DNA from: an uncultured Gemmatimonadota bacterium
GTDB taxonomy: Bacteria; Gemmatimonadota; Gemmatimonadetes; Palauibacterales; Palauibacteraceae
Length of the DNA stretch: 64,000 bases
Direction: 5' to 3'
Assembly (NCBI GenBank): GCA_964627425.1
Contig: CAZVIY010000011.1
Coordinates: 7,763-71,762, forward strand
Numbering within the stretch: the stretch's first letter is position 1; each line of letters opens with the position of its first letter. Positions 27,416 to 36,136 of the stretch are shown in pieces. The position numbers and the translations under genes were made by a program. The notes under the pieces are model-generated. The model was not told where the DNA came from, did not search any database, and worked only from the letters and a program-made list of their open reading frames with translations.

Positions 27416-29413
27416 TCAGGGTCCGGACGCTCCGGGGCGCTCCTCCCCCACCACCCGGAGCCCCTCCGGGCCGAGCCGTACCGCCGGCAGGTAGACCCCC
27501 AGCCGACGCCGCACCCACCAGTCGCCGGTGGCCGCCCGCTCCTCGGGCGTGGAGAAGCGGTACTCGTAGAGGATCGCCCGCACCGCCTCCGGCGGCCCGT
27601 CGGCCAGCCGGCCCTCCCCGTCCCCGAGGAAGCCGGCCACCGGCCGGGACCCGGACAGGAGGGCCTCCGCCAGGCCGGTGAACCAGCGGTCGTAGGAGGG
27701 CCGTCCCGTCGGACTCCGGTGGGCCCGGAGGGCGGCGAACCACATCTGCCAGTCCAGCCGGGGCTGGTGGGGAGCCACCTGAGCCGGGCGCTCCCCCGGA
27801 TCGTCGGGCTTGTAGGCGAACTCCACCTCCCTCCACGGGCCGTCCCGGCCCCGCACTTCCAGCACCAGCTCCGGACGCTCCGTGGTCATGTCCGCGAAGA
27901 GGCCGTAGCCGTTCACCGCACGGAACGGGGCCACCGCCGCTTCCACCGACCGGACCACCGGGATCCCCTCGTCCATCCCTCCGGCCCGGAGGGCCTGTGC
28001 CAGGCCCACCGGGACCGCCACCGCCAGCAGGAGCGCCGTGGCCGCCCGGCGTCCCCGTCTCCGCCAGGAACCCCCTGCCCGTCGGCCGGCCTCTCCGGGG
28101 GCCCCGTCGTCCCGTCCCGCGAGCGCACCGAGGACCCGGGCGGCCCCCGGCACCCGCGACGCCGCCCGACGCCACGCCGCATCGTCGAACGCCGACAGCG
28201 CCAGGGCCGCCACGAGGACGTTGAAGAAGCCGTAGTTGCCCGTGAGGGCGATGAGGCCCTGGAGCCCGAGTACGGCCCCGGCACCGGCGAAGCGGAGCCG
28301 CCGGGGCAGGAGCAGGAGAGCCGGGGCACAGAGCTCCACCGCCAGCGTGAGAGCGGTCCCGGCGCGGTGGATCCATCCCGGGGCGTGATGGACGAACCAG
28401 GCCACCGTGTTCGGGAGGGGCTGGGTCTCGAAGTGATGGGCCAGAGCCGTGAGATCCAGCCACACGGGATCGCCGCCCGACAGCTTCACCAGGCCGGACT
28501 CGAGCGTCACCCGGATCAGGATCCACCAGAAGATCCAGAGGACGGGGAGCGAGACCTCCCGGAGGCGCAGGATCCGCCGCCAGCCCCCGGGAGCGGATCC
28601 GCGGACGGGCGGCACCGCGGCCAGGACGACGCCGGCCAGGCCCACCTCCAGCAGGAGGGCGTCCCACTGGAAGGCCATGAACTCCTGGCCGGCTACCGTG
28701 AGGGACAGGTAGAGGAGCCACGCCACCGCCGCGGTCGCCGCCGGCGCCACGCCCAGCAGGAGGAGCGCCGACGCCCCGGCTCCGCCCCAGGCCATGGCGG
28801 CCAGGGCCGTCCCGCCGTCGGCCAGCCAGGCCAGCGTCGGGGCCGCGTGCCAGGCCGCCGGTCCCTCCCCCGCCGTCTCCCGGAGCCAGGCCAGGTACTC
28901 GCCGACCGGGAGGAGGCCCTCCGGCCCCGCCAGTCCCCGCACCTGGAGGGCCAGGGAGACGAAGGCCACGAGGTACACCAGGGCCAGGGCCCGCAGCAGC
29001 AGCCAGGTCCCCGTCCGGAACGACGACGGCCGGGGATCGGATCCCCAGACGAACCGGGTGATCCGTCCGAAGCCTGACCGGTGGTCCGCCACCACCCGGT
29101 AGCCCGCCTCGGTGATCCAGCGGACCGGCGGGAGGCTCCGGTAGAGCCACCACGGAAACCGCCAGGCCGGGTCGTAGGCCATGAGGCGCCACGCCGCCGC
29201 CGCGCCCTCGTGGACCTCCCCCTCGCGCGTCACCAGCTTGGAGGAACGGCGGAAGTCCTCCGGCTCGAGATCCGGGAACTCCCCCTCCACCTCCTGATAG
29301 GGGGCGAAGTCCACCAGCTCCCCCACCCGGGCCCGCCAGCGGATCATCCAGTACCGGCAGAAGCCGCAGTCGCCGTCCCAGATGAACAGGGGGCGGTCTC
29401 TCGGTTCAGCCAT
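27416..29413 (-). CDS. Lipase maturation factor (LMF1) family protein fused to N-terminal DCC1-like (DUF393) thiol-disulfide domain
   Basis: Start corrected to MAEPRDRP at 29413. WDGDCGFC; then FQWDALLLE, SGLVKL, HFETQPLP, TGNYGFFN, NGYGLF, HQPRLDWQMWFAAL. Confidence 0.9.
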   Translation of the reverse strand: MAEPRDRPLFIWDGDCGFCRYWMIRWRARVGELVDFAPYQEVEGEFPDLEPEDFRRSSKLVTREGEVHEGAAAAWRLMAYDPAWRFPWWLYRSLPPVRWITEAGYRVVADHRSGFGRITRFVWGSDPRPSSFRTGTWLLLRALALVYLVAFVSLALQVRGLAGPEGLLPVGEYLAWLRETAGEGPAAWHAAPTLAWLADGGTALAAMAWGGAGASALLLLGVAPAATAAVAWLLYLSLTVAGQEFMAFQWDALLLEVGLAGVVLAAVPPVRGSAPGGWRRILRLREVSLPVLWIFWWILIRVTLESGLVKLSGGDPVWLDLTALAHHFETQPLPNTVAWFVHHAPGWIHRAGTALTLAVELCAPALLLLPRRLRFAGAGAVLGLQGLIALTGNYGFFNVLVAALALSAFDDAAWRRAASRVPGAARVLGALAGRDDGAPGEAGRRAGGSWRRRGRRAATALLLAVAVPVGLAQALRAGGMDEGIPVVRSVEAAVAPFRAVNGYGLFADMTTERPELVLEVRGRDGPWREVEFAYKPDDPGERPAQVAPHQPRLDWQMWFAALRAHRSPTGRPSYDRWFTGLAEALLSGSRPVAGFLGDGEGRLADGPPEAVRAILYEYRFSTPEERAATGDWWVRRRLGVYLPAVRLGPEGLRVVGEERPGASGP

Positions 29414-30218
29414 CGGCGCTCCACGCCCGGGCGAGCTCCCGGACCCGGGCCGCCACCACCGGACCGCCCGGCCGGCCGTCGGCACGGAGATCCGACCCGA
29501 CGATCACCCCGTGCCGCCCGGTGCGGAGCTCGGCCGCACCGGCGGCGGTGACCCCGCTCCCGATCCACATGGGGACCTCCCCGACGACCGCCGTCACCCG
29601 GTCGAGCACGTCACGCGAGACCGGCTCCCCGGTGGCCGGGCCCGTGACGATCACGGCGTCCGCACCGGCCCGCTCCACCAGCTCCCGGGCCTCCTCCTCC
29701 GGCGGGCGAGGGGCCAGGGGAGCGGAGTGCTTCACGTCGACGTCCGCCAGGAGCCGGATCCCGCCGCCGAGGGCGCCCCTGTGGCGGAGGAGCCGATGGG
29801 CCCTCCCCTCCACGATGCCCTGATCGGTGACCCGGGCGCCGACCAGGACGTTCACCCGGATGAACGAGCCCCCGGCGGCCGCGGCCACCGCCAGTGCCGC
29901 CCGCCCGTCGTTCCGGAGCACGTTGATCCCCAGGGGGAGCTCCGGAGCCTCCTCCCGGACCTCCCGGGCGAGCACCGTCATGTGGGAGACCGTCTCCGGG
30001 GGCACGGCGCCGGGATGGAACGGCGCGTCGCCGAAGTTCTCCAGGAGGACGCCGTCCGCCCCACCCTCCGACAGGGCCCGGGCGTCGGCGCGGACGCGCT
30101 CCCGGACCGCCGGGAACGGGCCCTCCCACCCGGGAGAGCCCGGGAGCGGGGGCACGTGGATCACACCCACGAAGGGATCCGGCCGCCCGAAGGCTTCGGC
30201 CACCCACTCCCCGCTCAT
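29406..30218 (-). CDS. BtpA/SgcQ family TIM-barrel protein
   Basis: Start corrected to 30218. GVIHVPPLPG, ENFGDAPF, GINVLRND, ADVDVKH, IVTGPATG, IVGS. Confidence 0.9.
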   Translation of the reverse strand: MSGEWVAEAFGRPDPFVGVIHVPPLPGSPGWEGPFPAVRERVRADARALSEGGADGVLLENFGDAPFHPGAVPPETVSHMTVLAREVREEAPELPLGINVLRNDGRAALAVAAAAGGSFIRVNVLVGARVTDQGIVEGRAHRLLRHRGALGGGIRLLADVDVKHSAPLAPRPPEEEARELVERAGADAVIVTGPATGEPVSRDVLDRVTAVVGEVPMWIGSGVTAAGAAELRTGRHGVIVGSDLRADGRPGGPVVAARVRELARAWSADG

Positions 30219-30460
30219 CGGATCGCCGCGCCCCGGTCGTCCCGGTCGCGTCGCGCACACCCACTCCCCGGCATCTCGTGCACGGTCCCTCCCCGTGGTG
30301 GTAGTCGGAACTCCGCGGTGACGCGGCCGGCCGGTCCGGAGAGCTCATGCCTACCGGACCCGCCCCCGGCGGGCAACCGCCGGGGCTCCGGCCACAGTGC
30401 CGCCCTACGGCGCTCGAGGCCGGCTCGGTGGCGTCAGCATTGCAGGGGCTTGGCGTCATA

Positions 30461-30492
30461 CTGACGACATAATAGCGTTAGGGCGTCGTCAG
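30461..30492. promoter_or_regulatory. Inverted repeat, candidate operator of the BlaI-type gene
   Basis: CTGACGAC-16 nt-GTCGTCAG flanking a CATAAT -10-like element; overlapping CGTCA-tac-TGACG palindrome just upstream. Confidence 0.35.
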
Positions 30493-30605
30493 GCGGCCCG
30501 GAGCGGCCGTCGGACGGCCGGCGAATGCGACGGGGTCGCCGCCCCACGGGGCGCGCGGAGCCCCGATTCACGATCAACGGACGTTTCATCCAGAGGAGGA
30601 AGGAC

Positions 30606-30965
30606 GTGGGAATCACGTTCACGGACCGAGAGCTGGACATCATGAACATCCTGTGGGACGAGGGATCGGCGACGGTCACCGAGGCCCGGGAGATCCTGGA
30701 CGAGGACCTCGCCTACACGAGCGTTCTCACCGTCTTCCAGACGCTCGAGCGGAAGGGCCACGTCCACCACGAGCAGGAGGGGAAGGCCTACCGGTATCTC
30801 CCGAACGTCTCCCGCGAGGAAGCGGGACGGGACGCCGTGAGGTACGTCCTGGAGAACGTCTTCAAGGACTCGGCGGAGGCCCTCGTCACCAGCCTGGTGA
30901 ACACGAAGGACCTGGACGAGGCAGAGATCCGACGCCTGAACCGGATGCTCGAGAAGCAGGCCTGA
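30606..30965 (+). CDS. BlaI/MecI/CopY family transcriptional repressor
   Basis: GAGGAGG RBS with GTG 30606; TDRELDIMNILW, AYTSVLTVFQTLERKGHV, FKDSAEALV. Confidence 0.92.
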   Translation: MGITFTDRELDIMNILWDEGSATVTEAREILDEDLAYTSVLTVFQTLERKGHVHHEQEGKAYRYLPNVSREEAGRDAVRYVLENVFKDSAEALVTSLVNTKDLDEAEIRRLNRMLEKQA

Positions 30966-30981
30966 GCCGCGGCCGGCGGCC

Positions 30982-31596
30982 TCAACCCCGGAGGTCCGGG
31001 AGCTCCTCCCCGGCGGGCACGAAGGAGAGGGCCAGGCCGTTGTTGCACCACCGCTCGCCGGTGGGCGGTGGCCCGTCGTCGAAGAGGTGCCCCTGATGGC
31101 CGCCGCACCGGGCGCAGTGATACTCCGTCCGGGGGAGGATCATCTTGAAGTCCCGCCTGGTCCCGATGTGATCGTGGGACAGGGGACGGACGAAGCTGGG
31201 CCATCCCGTACCGCTGTCGTACTTGTCCGCGGAATCGAAGAGGGGGAGCCGGCACGCGGCACACACGAAGGTGCCCGATCGGTCCTCCTCCAGGAGCGGG
31301 CTGGATCCCCGGGGCTCGGTCTCCTCCTCCCGCAGGATCCGGTACGCTTCCGGAGAGAGGAGCTCCCTCCACCGCCGGTCCGGCCACTCCAGGCTGGAGA
31401 AGTCCAGCCGGGCCGCCTCCGGATGGGCGAGCTCCCGGCTCTGCCCGTCGCTCCTCCCGTTCCGGTCGTCCATCGGCTCCCCTCCCCCCTGCCCTCGTGC
31501 GCGGCGGGCGGCCGGTGACCGGCCGGACCCCTCTCCCGGGAGGAGGAGCGGCAGCGTCCCCGCGGCGATCAGTCCCAGGAAACGTCGTCGATCCAT
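30982..31596 (-). CDS. msrB: Methionine-R-sulfoxide reductase with Tat signal
   Basis: MDRRRFLGLIAAG; ILREEETE, CAAC, GTGWPSF, RTEYHCARCGGHQGHLFDDGP..RWCNNG. Confidence 0.95.
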   Translation of the reverse strand: MDRRRFLGLIAAGTLPLLLPGEGSGRSPAARRARGQGGGEPMDDRNGRSDGQSRELAHPEAARLDFSSLEWPDRRWRELLSPEAYRILREEETEPRGSSPLLEEDRSGTFVCAACRLPLFDSADKYDSGTGWPSFVRPLSHDHIGTRRDFKMILPRTEYHCARCGGHQGHLFDDGPPPTGERWCNNGLALSFVPAGEELPDLRG

Positions 31597-31698
31597 CGTT
31601 CTCTCCCCCTTCGGCCGCCGGCTTCCGACCTGCGCGTCGTGGATCCCGCGTCGACCTCCCGTCGAGTCATACCCCCGAGATCCCGTCGGGTCCGGCCG

Positions 31699-33426
31699 TC
31701 AGGATCCCGCCAGGTCCACCGTGGGAAGGAACTCCGGATCCCGCCGGACCCCGGTGGCCTGCTCGAACGCGAACGCGTACCCCAGGAGCCGGGCCTCGTC
31801 CCAGGCCCGCCCGTAGAAGCTGACCCCCACCGGCAGGCCGAAGACGTAGCCCGCCGGCACGGTGACGCCCGGATAGCCGGCGATGGCCCAGGGCGAATAG
31901 CTGGAACCGTGCCCGGAGTCGCCGTTCACCAGGTCGATGGGCCACGGCGGGCTCGACGTGACGGCGACCATGGCGTCCACGTCGTGCTCCCGGAAGGCGG
32001 CGTCGATCCCCTCCTCGCGGGACAACCGGAGGATCCTCTCCCGGGCCTCCCGGTACTCCGGGCTCTCCAGAGAATCCGTCTCCAGCGCCCGCTCCAGGAG
32101 GTCCTGCCCGAAGAACGGCATCTCCCGCTCGCGGTTCCGGCGGTTGAACTCCACCACCTCCTCCAGCGACGAGACGCCGGCGTCGCCGCCCCTCCCGGCC
32201 AGGTACCGGTCGATCCCGTCCCGGAACTCGTGGAGGAGGACGGTGAACTCTGCCGCGCCGTACTCCCCCAGGTGGGGCACGTCCGCCGCATCCACCAGGA
32301 CGGCCCCCGCCTCCTCCAGGGCTTCGAGGACCCCTTCGAAGAGCTCGTCGGTCTCCCCGGTGAAGCCGGACATCCTCGCCCGGGGCACACCGATGCGGGC
32401 TCCCTGCAGGGCGTCCGGCGCCAGGTGCCGGGTGAGGTCCGTCCGGGCCCCCTCCGGCGCCTCCCCGGTGACGGGATCGTCCGGATCGAAGCCGGCCATG
32501 GCCTCCAGCAGGAGGGCGGCGTCCCGGACCGTGGTGGCGAAGGGTCCGGCCGTGTCCTGGGTCTCCGCGATGGGCACGATGCCCGACCGGCTCACCGCAC
32601 CCACCGTGGGCTTCACGGCCACGCAGGAGTTGGCCGACGCCGGGCACATGATGGAACCGTTCGTCTCGGTCCCCACGGCCAGCGGCGCGTAGCTCGCCGC
32701 CACCGCGGCGGCCGAACCGGAGCTCGACCCGCAGGGGCTGCGGTCCAGGACGTACGGGTTCCGTCCCTGCCCTCCCCGGGCACTCCAGCCGGAGCTCGAC
32801 TCCCGGGACCGGAAGTTGGCCCACTCGCTCAGGTTGGCCTTGCCCAGGATCACGGCCCCGGCCGCCCGGAGCCGGGCCACCAGGTGGGCGTCCTCCGAGG
32901 CCCTCGTCCCCTCCAGGGCCAGGGATCCTGCGGCGGTGCTCATCCGGTCGCCGGTGTCGATGTTGTCCTTGAGCAGCACCGGGATGCCGTGGAGCGGCCC
33001 GCGGAGGCGGCCGGCCGACCGCTCCCGGTCCCGCCGGCGCGCGATGGCGAGGGCGTCGGGGTTCAGCTCCAGCACCTGCCGCAGCTCGGGACCGGACCGG
33101 TCCAGGTCCCGGATCCGCCCCAGGTAGGCCGTCACCAGCCCCACCGCGTCCAGCGCCCCGTCGGCCATCCGCTCCTGGAGCACGTCCACCGGGAGTCCCT
33201 CCAGTTCGAACGGCGGGACGGGGGCCCGCGAGGCCGCCCGGGGATCCGTCCCCCGGGCCGCACGCTCCTCCCCCGAGGATCGGGCCGCCGCGGACCCGGA
33301 CCCGGGCACCGCCGACAGGGCGAGTCCCGCGCCGCCCGCCACGGCCCGCCGGACGAAGGAGCGGCGGTCCAGCCCCCCGGGGCCGGGAGCCGGCGACGGG
33401 TCGGGCGACTCCGACCGCTCCGTCAC
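31699..33426 (-). CDS. Amidase-signature family amidase with Tat signal
   Basis: Start corrected to GTG 33426 (GTGA overlap with gdh stop). RRSFVRR signal, LHGIPVLLKDNI, GKANLSEWAN, GSSSGSA, GTETNGSIMCPA. Confidence 0.93.
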   Translation of the reverse strand: MTERSESPDPSPAPGPGGLDRRSFVRRAVAGGAGLALSAVPGSGSAAARSSGEERAARGTDPRAASRAPVPPFELEGLPVDVLQERMADGALDAVGLVTAYLGRIRDLDRSGPELRQVLELNPDALAIARRRDRERSAGRLRGPLHGIPVLLKDNIDTGDRMSTAAGSLALEGTRASEDAHLVARLRAAGAVILGKANLSEWANFRSRESSSGWSARGGQGRNPYVLDRSPCGSSSGSAAAVAASYAPLAVGTETNGSIMCPASANSCVAVKPTVGAVSRSGIVPIAETQDTAGPFATTVRDAALLLEAMAGFDPDDPVTGEAPEGARTDLTRHLAPDALQGARIGVPRARMSGFTGETDELFEGVLEALEEAGAVLVDAADVPHLGEYGAAEFTVLLHEFRDGIDRYLAGRGGDAGVSSLEEVVEFNRRNREREMPFFGQDLLERALETDSLESPEYREARERILRLSREEGIDAAFREHDVDAMVAVTSSPPWPIDLVNGDSGHGSSYSPWAIAGYPGVTVPAGYVFGLPVGVSFYGRAWDEARLLGYAFAFEQATGVRRDPEFLPTVDLAGS

Positions 33427-34856
33427 GGGAAGATCCTCCGCTGCCGGTACACGCGGGCGATCTTGTCGATGGCCACCACCAGCGAGGCAGTCCGAAGGTC
33501 GGTGTCGTGGGTCCTCGCGCATTCGCGGATCTCCCGGTAGGCGGTCACCATGGTCTCCTCCAGGCCGGAGTTCACCAGGTCCTCCTCTCCGGGGCCGTAG
33601 GCGACCTCCCGGACGGTGTCCTCGGGAAAGGTCCGGCCCGTGAGCTCCTCCACGGCCCGCAGGATCCCCTCGTTGGTGGCCTCCTCGAACCGCTTTCCCA
33701 TGCGTCCGTACCGGACGTGGGAGAGGTTCTTGAGCCACTCGAAGTAGGAGACGGTGACGCCGCCGGCGTTCACGAAAATGTCCGGCAGGATCATGATCCC
33801 GCGATCCAGGAGGATCCCGGCCGCCTCCATGGTGGTGGGCCCGTTGGCGGCCTCGGCCACGATCTTCGCCTGGATCCGCTCGGCGTTGTCCGTGGTGATC
33901 TGATTCTCCAGGGCCGCCGGGATGAGGATGTCGCAGTCCAGCTCCAGCGCCCGGTCGCGGCGGTCCAGGGTCTCGGCACCGGGGAACTCCGCCACCGAGC
34001 CGGTCTCCTCCCGATGGGCCACCACGTCGTCGACGTCCAGCCCCCCGGGATCCCGGATCGAGCCTCCGACCTCGGCCACCCCCACCATCCGGGCGCCCGC
34101 CTCCTCCAGGAACCTGGCCGCGTGATAGCCCACGTTGCCGAGCCCCTGCACCACGAACGTCTTTCCCTCGATGCCGGGGTCCAGGCCGAGCGCCTCCATG
34201 TCCTCCTCGGAGCGGCACGCCTCGGCCAGGCCGTAGTAGACCCCTCGACCGGTGGCCTCCGTCCTGCCCCGGACCCCGCCCAGCGAGATCGGTTTGCCCG
34301 TCACGCATCCCTTGGCGTTCAGCTTCCGGTCGGCCAGGGCGGTGTAGGTGTCCACGATCCAGCCCATCTCCCGCCCACCCGTGCCGTAGTCCGGCGCGGG
34401 GACGTCGCTCCCCGGGCCGATGAACCCCTTTCCGTACAGCTCGTAGGTGAGGCGGCGGGTGATGCGTTCGAGCTCCGCCTCGCTGTAGTCCGAGGAATCG
34501 ATGGCCACCGCGCCCTTCGCCCCGCCGAAGGGGACGTCGACGACGGCGCACTTGTAGGACATGAGCGTCGCGAGGGCGACCACCTCGTCCTCGTTCGCCC
34601 CCGGAGCGTAGCGGATCCCGCCCTTCACCGGGAGCATGTGGTGGCTGTGCTGGGCGCGCCATGCCTCGACCACCTCGATGCTCCCGTCGTCCCTCTTCAC
34701 CGGAAAGCGGAAATGCACCACGTTGTTGCACGCCCGGATCTGTTCCAGGAGGCCCGGCCGATGGTCGGTGTATGCGGAGGCCTCCCGGAACGCTCGATCG
34801 ACCTGTGCCGAGAACTCGAACCCGCTCATCGTCGACTCATCCTCCCTTCCCGTCAT
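33423..34856 (-). CDS. gdhA: Glu/Leu/Phe/Val dehydrogenase (glutamate dehydrogenase type)
   Basis: KGGIRY, KCAVVDVPFGGAKG, DVPAPDYGT, GRTEATGRG, QGLGNVG, EAANGPTT, NAGGVTVSYFEW; start may be 34829. Confidence 0.93.
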   Translation of the reverse strand: MTGREDESTMSGFEFSAQVDRAFREASAYTDHRPGLLEQIRACNNVVHFRFPVKRDDGSIEVVEAWRAQHSHHMLPVKGGIRYAPGANEDEVVALATLMSYKCAVVDVPFGGAKGAVAIDSSDYSEAELERITRRLTYELYGKGFIGPGSDVPAPDYGTGGREMGWIVDTYTALADRKLNAKGCVTGKPISLGGVRGRTEATGRGVYYGLAEACRSEEDMEALGLDPGIEGKTFVVQGLGNVGYHAARFLEEAGARMVGVAEVGGSIRDPGGLDVDDVVAHREETGSVAEFPGAETLDRRDRALELDCDILIPAALENQITTDNAERIQAKIVAEAANGPTTMEAAGILLDRGIMILPDIFVNAGGVTVSYFEWLKNLSHVRYGRMGKRFEEATNEGILRAVEELTGRTFPEDTVREVAYGPGEEDLVNSGLEETMVTAYREIRECARTHDTDLRTASLVVAIDKIARVYRQRRIFP

Positions 34857-35241
34857 CTCCCAGCTCGGCCACCACCGTCACCCGCCACCGGTGGTCGATC
34901 CACACCCCCAGGGTACGCGGGCACAGGGCCCAGTCGTGGACGACGCCGGCGGCCCGCTCGATCTGACGCCGGTGCTCGGCATCGTCCACGGGATTGCCCA
35001 GGCAATCGTGATGCCCCGCCACGATCACACACTCGTGGTGACGGCGCTCGGCCAGGAAGGCAGCGTGATGCCGGGCCCGGTCCCTCTCCTCCCCTCCGTC
35101 CAGGAGGGTGCCGTCCGGCCCCGGCAGCGTGATGGTGTCCACGCGATCCAGCGCCAGCGCGTCGTCGATCCATCGCAGGAGGGGCCACTGGACACGGCCG
35201 TCCACGCAGTTCAGGGCGAGGGCGAAGGGCTCGTCGTTCAT
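34837..35241 (-). CDS. Small beta-carbonic-anhydrase-like protein
   Basis: Start corrected to MNDEPF at 35241; Zn-ligand pattern NCVDGR ... DTITLPGPD ... GHHDCLGN. Confidence 0.75.
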   Translation of the reverse strand: MNDEPFALALNCVDGRVQWPLLRWIDDALALDRVDTITLPGPDGTLLDGGEERDRARHHAAFLAERRHHECVIVAGHHDCLGNPVDDAEHRRQIERAAGVVHDWALCPRTLGVWIDHRWRVTVVAELGDDGKGG

Positions 35242-35398
35242 GGGACCTCGTCCGCTCGGAGGATCACCGCCTGACTCCTCCCGGATGATCCGGAGCCGTG
35301 GACGTCGGCGCAACGGCCGGCTCCGGGGAGGCGGCAGCGGGCACACCGATGCACCCGTGACGGACCGTCGCGGGGAGGGGAACGATGGAGGGGACAGG

Positions 35399-35655
35399 CG
35401 AAACCCCCGGGTCGCGGCACGTCGCGCCCGGGGGCTTCACTGCGCTGGCGAGCTCGGATCCTCGGTCTGGCGTCGCCCTCGTGCGGCGACCGGATCCTCC
35501 CTCTTGGGTCAGGCGTCCCTGGACTCCTCGGGACTGCGGCTGCCTCCAGCGACCTGGCAGCCGGCTCGACGGGGCCAAACTCCCGACGAGCGCCTGCCGG
35601 CCCTCGCGGACCGGCCGAGCCCGCCCTGGAGTGGTCGGCCCTCTCCCGAGCGGGA
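35399..35655 (-). ncRNA. Putative structured ncRNA, copy A (about 255 nt; family not recognised)
   Basis: Near-identical core to copy B, own promoter at 35660-35687, 5' hairpin, GCGA-capped hairpin, 3' GC hairpin with UUU; covarying substitutions versus copy B. 5' end is estimated. Confidence 0.7.
35404..35434 (-). terminator. 3' hairpin of copy A (weak intrinsic terminator candidate)
   Basis: On minus strand CCCCCGGGCGCG-acgtgc-CGCGaCCCGGGGG followed by only UUU. Confidence 0.5.
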
Positions 35656-35659
35656 CCGC

Positions 35660-35687
35660 AAGGTAGGCCGTCCGACGGAGGTGTCAA
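35660..35687 (-). promoter_or_regulatory. Sigma70-type promoter of copy A
   Basis: TTGACA (35682-35687), 16 nt, TACCTT (35660-35665). Confidence 0.65.
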
Positions 35688-35740
35688 CCCGCTGGGCCGC
35701 ACCCTGGGCCGCACCTCCGCCGGGCGCCCGGATACATACA

Positions 35741-36132
35741 CGAAACCCCCGGGTCGCGGCACGTCGCGCCCGGGGGCATCGCTGCGCTGGTGAGCTCGGA
35801 TCCTCGGTTTGGCGTCGCCCTCGTGCGGCGACCGGATCCTCCCTCTTTCCCTTCTCTCGGCTCGGCGTGCGAACTCCACGCGGTGCCCGGGCCGAAACCC
35901 GAACGGTCCTCGCTTCATCGCTCGACCGCGCAAGCGTCGAGTCAGGCGTCCCTGGATTCCTCGGGACTACGGCTGCCTCCAGCGACCTCGCAGCCGGCTC
36001 GACGGGGCCAAACTCCCGACGAGCACCTCCGGCCCTCGCGGGCCGGTCGACCGACCCTCGCGGATCGATCTAACCGGAGCTCTCGCACCGGCTGAGCCCG
36101 TTTCGGTTCAGTCGACCTTCCTCGAAACGGGC
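35741..36132 (-). ncRNA. Putative structured ncRNA, copy B (about 390 nt, with a 93-nt internal insertion)
   Basis: 35741-35847 matches 35399-35505 and 35941-36024 matches 35508-35591; perfect 10-bp inverted repeat 36096-36105/36123-36132 at the 5' end; own promoter. Confidence 0.72.
35746..35776 (-). terminator. 3' hairpin of copy B
   Basis: Same hairpin as 35404-35434, followed by UUUCGUGUAU. Confidence 0.5.
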
Positions 36133-36136
36133 CGTC

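Noticed and set aside
33507-35132. 541-aa ORF antisense to gdh
   Set aside because: No RBS or motif support; explained by codon bias on the coding strand
35399-36024. CRISPR array or IS200/IS605 end hairpins
   Set aside because: Only two long units, no repeat-spacer periodicity, and no cas, tnpA, tnpB or iscB gene nearby
35238-36095. ORFs across the duplicated region (35238-35933, 35108-36073 and others)
   Set aside because: Low-complexity translations; differences between the copies preserve base pairing rather than a reading frame
35399-36132. Assignment to SRP RNA, tmRNA, RNase P, or FMN, cobalamin or SAM riboswitches
   Set aside because: Only short coincidental words match (CAGGUC..GGCAGC, AAGAGGGA, CAGGGCGGG, UCGACGGG); the defining conserved cores are absent. 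An Rfam scan is still needed
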